Shown in pieces: positions 56,843 to 64,000 of a stretch of 64,000 nt of DNA; within the stretch, counting starts at the first letter, position 1, and each line of letters begins with the position of its first letter. The translations under genes were made by a program, and so were the position numbers. The notes beneath the pieces were generated by a model. The model did no database searches. It was not told the DNA's origin and saw only the letters and a program-made list of their open reading frames with translations. Origin of the DNA: Escherichia coli (GTDB lineage Bacteria > Pseudomonadota > Gammaproteobacteria > Enterobacterales > Enterobacteriaceae); the NCBI RefSeq assembly GCF_003334305.1, contig NZ_QOWS01000017.1; one strand, given 5' to 3'.

Positions 56843-59357
56843 TCTCTTCTCCTGTCTGCGTCACCGCCGCCCACGATGAGAGGCCGCTGCAGACCACATC
56901 ACCGACCCAGACGGCACCGCGCGCCTGGTTGAGTTCCAGTGCCACTTCGCAGGTTTTATTGCCACTGTAGCGAAAATCGATAGTGGGATATTTCTTATCC
57001 ACGTCCATGACAAACTCGCCGTTTTCATCGGTTCGGGTTCGGCCGATATGGTTGTTAATCCGTGCGTTAGCCAGCAGTGTGCCGTCTTCCGCACGGATAC
57101 GACCGGAGACGGTAACCATCTGCTTCACCTCTGGCTCAATGACAGCGACATTGCCTGGATAGAGAGTCAGATGGCTTTTGCGGCCGCTGACGATATCGTA
57201 GCTGTCGAGTGAGTTTTTGCTGTTCTGTAACTCCACCTCATATCTTCCATAGGGAGAGAGCGGGAGATAGTTACGCTTGCCGTTAAGCGGGAAAATCCGC
57301 CCGTTGATTTTGGCGCTGATCTGACCGTCGTCCTCCAGCCCGGTGTTGAATATCACCCCAGCGTTGCCATCAGTCCGCCCGCTGGCAGCGATGTTTTTAC
57401 CCTGCCAGCCGACGCTGCCATTGGCGGTCAAGTTGGTATTGATGTAGCCGTCCGCCGCGCTATTGACGTTCAGCGTTCCGCTGGCGTAACGAGCGTCGAA
57501 CTGTGCATACGCCCCACCGCTGAGGGTTTTGTCATCACCGGTATCGCCGGAGATGGCACGTGACAGATTGGCACCAACAGTGCGAATGGTTCCTTCATCA
57601 AACTGTTTGCGTGCTGACAGGTTTGCCATGGTGTAGCCGTTTTGATGGGTCATCCCTGCGCTAAACCAGTTGCCCAGTGGTAGCGAGAGATCGAGAGCGA
57701 TATATTTCCCTGTATTGGCGTTGCTGTCGCCGTTGTTATAGCGCTGAATACCGGCCCGCAGGCCAAGCGAACCAAAGGTACCGCTGTAGACATTTTGATA
57801 GTAATCTGCCGTGTAATAATGGCTGTTGTAACGGCGGTCATCATTGTAGCTGATGCTGAATGTGCCCAGCTTCGACCACAGTGAGTTCAGGTTGAGTGTG
57901 CCGCCGATTGCACGGTTGTCGGCATCGCTACGTCGCAATTGATTGCCAATGCGGGTTTTTTCCTGGTTAACCCACAGCGAACTAAAGCCTCCCGGTAGAG
58001 TGGCGCTGATGCTGCCGATGCTGCTCCATGAGCTGTCACTGGCCAGCATATTTTGCAGGTTAACGTTGATCGCCCCCCCAAGCGGCAGCGTCAGACGGGT
58101 TTCACCCACCGCCTGATTATCGTATCCATATCCCGTTGCCGCCCAGCTAAGCGTACTCAATGAGCCGGAGGTCGAGGCACCTGCTAGCCAACTCTCTTTA
58201 GCTGGTCGCGTCTTTTTCCCGTTTTCCGACCAGCGATCCATATGAAAGCTACCGCCCCATACCTGCCACGCCAGTGGTGCACCGACGCCGCGCCCCCGGC
58301 TAAACAGCTTATTGACCCGCTGGGGGCGTTTGCTGATCACGCGACCGTTAACGATCACCTCAACTTCCACATCGTAAATCCCGTACGGTAGACCCCGGGT
58401 ATCCACTTCATGATTGCCCATAGTGAAGTTCTGAACGCTTAGTAGCCGCCCATCACGGGTGAGATGTACTTCGCCCGCCGCCGGTAAAAAGGCGATCACT
58501 GGCGTGGCTGACTGGCTGCTGTCGAAGATGGTGGAGCTGGCCTGGTTTCCCCAGGAAAGGCCGTAAATCTTCCCTGCTGAAATGGCGGTCATCGGCCCTA
58601 AGGACTGCAAGTTCCAGGTGTCGAGCATTCCACCGGCAAATCGGTGACCGGCAAAATCGCGTTCATACATCGCTTTATATAATTCACTGTCCTGTTGACC
58701 GCTACCGATCCCGTACAGCGAGCCGTCGAGCACCACATGATGTTCGCGCAGCGCAGTAACGTTATTCAGCGACAGATAGCTGGATGTGTTGCTCCCGCCG
58801 TTACGCAACTGGTTGTTATAGACGCCCAAGTTATAGCTCAGATTACTGCTGAGGGTGTTAACACTGGACTGCCCGATGTCTTCGCTACGTGAGCGTAGTA
58901 CGGTGCCCAGCGCTTCGCGCTTGACCACCAGCTGCAGCAGCAGTTGGCGCAAGCTGAGATCCAGCTGCGCGTTGTCAGTCAGGGGGATGGTAAGGGCCTC
59001 ATTGAACGGGGCGTTGGCCAGAGCCATCAGCTGCTGTCGAGTTTGTTCGCTGACACTGGCGTTATCTTCACTCTCTTCCAGCTGTATTTTCCGGATGCGT
59101 AGCTGTCCATCATCCAGCCAGATAAAAGCGCTGCCGATTCGCTGATCGTCCTGGCGACCCTGGCTACCGGCGAGATGAATATAGAGCGGGACGCTCATGC
59201 CGTCCTGAAGCGCCTGACTGAAGGCCTGCGGAATAATCACCCCACCTATTTGCTGCGCACTTATGTCAGCAGCGCTGGCATCGGGTTGAACGAACAAAAA
59301 GACCATGCCGAAGGCAAACTGGGCTTTCAGTCCTGGGGAGAACCGTCGTAAAGGCAT
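56832..59357 (-). CDS. ecpC: E. coli common pilus usher EcpC
   Basis: 841-aa ORF. Confidence 0.85.
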   Translation of the reverse strand: MPLRRFSPGLKAQFAFGMVFLFVQPDASAADISAQQIGGVIIPQAFSQALQDGMSVPLYIHLAGSQGRQDDQRIGSAFIWLDDGQLRIRKIQLEESEDNASVSEQTRQQLMALANAPFNEALTIPLTDNAQLDLSLRQLLLQLVVKREALGTVLRSRSEDIGQSSVNTLSSNLSYNLGVYNNQLRNGGSNTSSYLSLNNVTALREHHVVLDGSLYGIGSGQQDSELYKAMYERDFAGHRFAGGMLDTWNLQSLGPMTAISAGKIYGLSWGNQASSTIFDSSQSATPVIAFLPAAGEVHLTRDGRLLSVQNFTMGNHEVDTRGLPYGIYDVEVEVIVNGRVISKRPQRVNKLFSRGRGVGAPLAWQVWGGSFHMDRWSENGKKTRPAKESWLAGASTSGSLSTLSWAATGYGYDNQAVGETRLTLPLGGAINVNLQNMLASDSSWSSIGSISATLPGGFSSLWVNQEKTRIGNQLRRSDADNRAIGGTLNLNSLWSKLGTFSISYNDDRRYNSHYYTADYYQNVYSGTFGSLGLRAGIQRYNNGDSNANTGKYIALDLSLPLGNWFSAGMTHQNGYTMANLSARKQFDEGTIRTVGANLSRAISGDTGDDKTLSGGAYAQFDARYASGTLNVNSAADGYINTNLTANGSVGWQGKNIAASGRTDGNAGVIFNTGLEDDGQISAKINGRIFPLNGKRNYLPLSPYGRYEVELQNSKNSLDSYDIVSGRKSHLTLYPGNVAVIEPEVKQMVTVSGRIRAEDGTLLANARINNHIGRTRTDENGEFVMDVDKKYPTIDFRYSGNKTCEVALELNQARGAVWVGDVVCSGLSSWAAVTQTGEENES

Positions 59358-59382
59358 TGTCGTTATCCATCTGCACAGCTAT

Positions 59383-60051
59383 CTATTTCACGGGAATGAA
59401 CTTATCACCCTGCCAAAGTGCAACCCGTCCTTTGTTATCCGCAGTGTCCACACGGGTAAAACGACGCGACTTGCCCGGCATCAGGTAGTAATTCTCTTTA
59501 CACTCCTTACCGTTGGCGGCTTTCAGGCAAGGGCCGTAGGCGAGGATCCGCAGCGTCGCATTTCCTGTATTTGTCAGGGAGCCGTTGGCGTACTGAAAGT
59601 GGTAGTTCGCCTGGCGAGGGGCGACGACCAGAATGGTGCCGATGCGGGCGGAAGCAGTGGCCACAGCGCTGCGGTTGGCATTATCGCGCTGCGCATCACT
59701 GAGGGCCTGATCAAACCAGACAATGCGGTAGTAGCGCTCTTTTTCATCTGCGGGTCCCTTATAGAAGAAGCGGATCACTTCGCTGGCTTGGGCGGGTAGC
59801 AGCAAGCTGGCGGGAGTGAGTAGCAACTCATCCGGCTTGTCCATTGAGATAACCTGCCCGTCGTCAAGCGGTGAAGAGAGCCGTTCGAGACGGATATTGA
59901 TAAGGCGACCACTGTCGGTACTGTTTTTGATCGTTTTGCTCAGCGTGCTGCTGTCACTGTTCATAAACGATGATATATCGCCGACATCCAGCGCCTGGGC
60001 CGGAGGTATTCCGGAAAACAGCAGAGCGAGAGGCAGAAGGTGCTTTTTCAT
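59383..60051 (-). CDS. ecpB: E. coli common pilus chaperone EcpB
   Basis: 222-aa ORF with signal peptide. Confidence 0.85.
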   Translation of the reverse strand: MKKHLLPLALLFSGIPPAQALDVGDISSFMNSDSSTLSKTIKNSTDSGRLINIRLERLSSPLDDGQVISMDKPDELLLTPASLLLPAQASEVIRFFYKGPADEKERYYRIVWFDQALSDAQRDNANRSAVATASARIGTILVVAPRQANYHFQYANGSLTNTGNATLRILAYGPCLKAANGKECKENYYLMPGKSRRFTRVDTADNKGRVALWQGDKFIPVK

Positions 60052-60108
60052 AACAATTCCGTCCAGGAATAAAGCAGGGGGGCTACCCCTGCTGGTACAT
60101 CAGAGAGA

Positions 60109-60696
60109 TTAACTGGTCCAGGTCGCGTCGAACTGTACGCTAACGTCGCCGCTCCAGATGCCTTCCGGTAGAGTGCTGTAATCGGTTACTGCGGTGGTAC
60201 CATTGGTGGTGCCGCTGATGATGGTGAAGGTGAAACCATCCTGTGCGGTGGTACGATTGCTGGCATTGTAACCGTTAGCCAGCGGGCTAAGGTTGCCGCC
60301 CAGTACGCCGTTGGCGGTATCGATCATCACGGTATCGCCAGTTTTTTCGACTGCCGCGCCGTTATAATCCACGCCCACATTCAGTGTGGAACCTGAGGTA
60401 TCCAACTGGGTTAATGTGTTGGTGATAAGACGTGAGGTCAGTTTAAAGGCGGTAGCCGTTGAGTCACCCTCGATAGCCACGTCAAATAGACCTTTCTGTG
60501 AGTTAAAACCTTTAATGCCTTCGGCATACTGGAACGCCAGGCTACCGAGTGGCGTCACAACCAGCTTACTGGTGGTGTCTTTTTTGGCTGTTGCCGACCA
60601 GGTCGCTACAGCCTGAGCTGTTACGTCAGCAGCCTGCGCCACACCCATGCCGGTAAACACCGTTACCAGAGCTATTGCCAGAACCTTTTTTTTCAT
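60109..60696 (-). CDS. ecpA: E. coli common pilus major subunit EcpA (MatB)
   Basis: 195-aa ORF with signal peptide. Confidence 0.9.
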   Translation of the reverse strand: MKKKVLAIALVTVFTGMGVAQAADVTAQAVATWSATAKKDTTSKLVVTPLGSLAFQYAEGIKGFNSQKGLFDVAIEGDSTATAFKLTSRLITNTLTQLDTSGSTLNVGVDYNGAAVEKTGDTVMIDTANGVLGGNLSPLANGYNASNRTTAQDGFTFTIISGTTNGTTAVTDYSTLPEGIWSGDVSVQFDATWTS

Positions 60697-60770
60697 TGCA
60701 TTTCTTCCCGAGTTGAATTGAGGACGTGATGTCCCAGTGAGTCATTTTTTAAAACTAACTTGCCTGGAGT

Positions 60771-61382
<612 letters not shown>

Positions 61383-62399
61383 TTACAGGTGCATTCAGTT
61401 TCCTTAGTAAACCGGAAGTAAATAAGATACGTAGTACATATCAATAAAGGTTAAACGAGATTAAGTTTAATTATTTTCGATTGGGCTTAAATTTATGTTT
61501 TTTTCCCGATGAGTGTCAATATGTGAACGGAAAAGGAATTCAATGGTTAAGTCAATATTTAGAAAAACTGAAAATATTGCTTTTTTGATAAGAAGAAAAA
61601 GACATTTGGTTTCATAAGGTTATTGGCAATATAACGTTCAATTCTTACTTGCATTTTATATTGGTCAGGAACTTTGCCCTGAAGTGTTAGGAATAGTCTT
61701 AATGCGCTGTGTGATGGACTAGTAAAAAAAACAAGTTTTAAGGGTAAGGGATAGAATATAAAACTATAATGAGCTGTCATTGAAGATGATTTGCCAATCA
61801 GTAAGAAATTTTAATGGATTAACATGCCGCACAAAATGGTTATAGGTGTTCATTACAATAAGTGATGGAAAATTGAACGGGCGTATGTACGTCATCTGTT
61901 CGGTAAGACCCCCAAGAGCCAGATTAAGTGAAGTTAAACGAAGGCTGCCAGCTGTCACAGGAACGATGGCCTCTTTGTCAGGGCACTGAGTGCAGTTATC
62001 TGTGCGCGTTACTCTAACTGGCACTCGAACGTCGGCGATGGGCTTACCGGTGGATCAAACTGTTCCTGTGGCGTAAACGTTTTTATGTTAGTACCAACAG
62101 ATTTACCACATTTATCATCTTAACAGTTTGAGTGAAAACGCAGGCTGCGCCGCAAAGGGAGGAGACTGAGTGGCGTGTTCAGTCTAAAAGAGGGTTGATG
62201 CCAGCATACAGGGGCGAAGCTGGTCAACAAGTCAACATTAAGATAATGGAATATTCGGAGAGAAACGTCAGGCAGTTGGCCTCAAATGAACAGGAAGAAT
62301 ATATCCCCAGGAAAATTAATGTTGGTGTTATAAACACACCAACATTAATCCGATCTGATTATTAATCAGACAAATATCGTTAATTCGTCGAATTTTGAA

Positions 62400-62540
62400 T
62401 CAACGTTTTTTCTTACGACCCTGAACGGCCTTAAAACGTGGATTAGATTTACAAATCACATACAACCGTCCTTTTCGCTTCACAATCTGACAGTCTTGAT
62501 GGCGTTCTTTTGCGGTACGCAGAGAGTTAAGAACTTTCAT
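62400..62540 (-). CDS. ykgO: 50S ribosomal protein L36 paralogue (zinc-independent type)
   Basis: 46-aa ORF below the ORF-track cutoff; translation [46 protein letters not shown]. Confidence 0.8.
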   Translation of the reverse strand: MKVLNSLRTAKERHQDCQIVKRKGRLYVICKSNPRFKAVQGRKKKR

Positions 62541-62803
62541 TACGCCCCCTTTTTCGTGCTAACAAAACGACCAAAACGTTGGGTGAACCGTGCAACATTT
62601 CCTTCTGATGCCACTGTTCTCAGCTTCCCTGTATAGAACGGGTGCGATTTCGAAGAGACATCAATTGTTACGTACGGATACGTTACGCCATCCAGCTCAA
62701 TCTCACGGTCTGTTTTGATAGTCGAGCCGATTTTAAAGTACTCATCAACACTGGTGTCGTGGAACACCACAGTACGATACTCAGGATGGATATTGGGCTT
62801 CAT
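62540..62803 (-). CDS. ykgM: 50S ribosomal protein L31 paralogue (type B)
   Basis: 87 aa from [10 protein letters not shown]…. Confidence 0.9.
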
Positions 62804-62813
62804 CATTTTTACC

Positions 62814-62830
62814 TGTTATGTTATAACATA
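62814..62830. promoter_or_regulatory. Zur-box-like palindrome upstream of ykgM
   Basis: tgttatgttataacata is an AT-rich palindrome of the Zur operator type, just 5' of the ykgM start. Confidence 0.5.
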
Positions 62831-64000
62831 ACCATAAAGATACATGCTCATCCGGATCATTTCAACACCCAATCCCTGTGACTCTTTGTGGATGTGGAAT
62901 TTTCGCAACGGGGAACTCTGGCATTGTTAGCAGCCATTGGTGACGCTCCCATAAACGCCTGGATGAGTGATTGATGATGGTTTTGCTGAGAGTATGGATT
63001 TTTCGACAATGGAGGTTATCTCCACTTTACTGGCCGATGATTTATCGCAGTATGATTGATTACCTGACAGCGTGTATTCCTCTCCCACGGATATAATAAT
63101 TACTTACAAAAAGGGAGAGGATGCATATTTTAAATATCACTGAAGTGAACAGTTTATTGCCGTTATTAATAGAAATGGAGAAATAAATAGGCGTATTCTA
63201 CAATTGCGACAAAAACAACGATATTAATCAGTTTATGACTGATTTGTTGTACTTTATTCTCTTTCATTGGTACTTCCTCGCTTTAAAAAAGAGCGCACTT
63301 CGTAAGTGCCCTTATATAAATAACGAGTTTGGTCAACCAATTTTTTGACATGTATCACAAATTTGAATAGATGTATTACATCGGCTATCTTTTATTGCAC
63401 CAACGTCATTGATATATGTCGCCTGAAGTCAGTTCCGGGAATGAGTCTGATCTCAAGACTGGCCCAGTCCGGGCGTTGATTGGCGCTGAGGAGCATATCG
63501 CATCTCATCATAATGTCGTATCTCCTGGGGTGTTATACAAGATATCGTTGTTGGTGACCTGGGAGAGGAATTGAGTTCTATTAAACCGTCAACTATGCCG
63601 GATACATACTGGATTACACTGCAGGCACGCCTTACGAGAGAACGTGCCGCAGTGACGGGTTAATTATCTGAAAGAATTTGTGAGGCTGTATCGGTTACTC
63701 ATTGATTTGATAGTTTTACTCTCGGGAGAGTAATAGATATTTAATCTATTAACGGAAACCAGCCAGTTCCTTTCGATGCCTGAATTTGATTCCATAGTTT
63801 ATCCGGAATGGTTAATTCATGAATAAGTTGTGTTCTCGTTCATGAGAAGCATAACGTAAAGGGAAAAGCTCGATTAGACGGCAGGATTTGTCAGGGGTTA
63901 TGAACGAAATTCATAAATCTGTTTGAGTGTTGCGATGGGTAGTGCAAGTTCGAAATCTCCGCAATTTACAGTCCGATGAAGGAAAATGAATATCCATAAA

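Noticed and set aside
56832-59357. Several 64-96-aa ORFs on both strands inside ecpC, and similar ones inside paoC and lfhA
   Set aside because: Embedded in long, well-supported genes; no independent evidence.
62132-62365. 77-aa ORF between ecpR and ykgM (considered as ykgL)
   Set aside because: Non-ATG start in the ORF track and I cannot recall the YkgL sequence well enough to confirm; not called as a feature.

Overview
Enterobacterial (Escherichia coli-like) chromosome around the thrW tRNA-Thr locus. Calls rest on reading the ORF translations and the DNA by eye against recalled protein families; no database search was run. Left flank (1-23.3 kb) is conserved core: yafV, ivy, fadE, gmhA, yafJ, yafK, dinJ-yafQ, yafL, a Flag-2 deletion scar (lfhA/lafU remnants), dinB-yafP, an intact rtcB2-prfH pair, pepD, gpt, frsA, crl, phoE, proBA, thrW. 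Immediately 3' of thrW lie two tandem integrative elements separated by copies of the tRNA 3'-end core (exact 20-bp copies at 23341-23360 and 35186-35205, a 19/20 copy at 47261-47280). Element 1 (about 23.36-35.2 kb) is a P4-like phage satellite (int, cos, psu-delta-sid, Ogr/Delta-type sites, alpha primase, ori/crr TGTTCACC iterons) whose int-to-cos hotspot carries a two-gene Gabija-type anti-phage system (OLD-family ATPase/TOPRIM nuclease GajA-like plus UvrD-like helicase GajB-like). Element 2 (about 35.2-47.3 kb) is an AT-rich, about 12-kb element with a distal tyrosine integrase, iteron arrays, an RHH regulator, a lambda-E-like major capsid candidate and several unrecognised proteins; it is the least explained part of the window and the best candidate for something undescribed. 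Right flank (47.3-64 kb) is core again: yagP fragment, paoABCD (yagTSRQ), yagU, ykgJ, the ecpRABCDE fimbrial operon and the Zur-type rpmE2-rpmJ2 paralogs.
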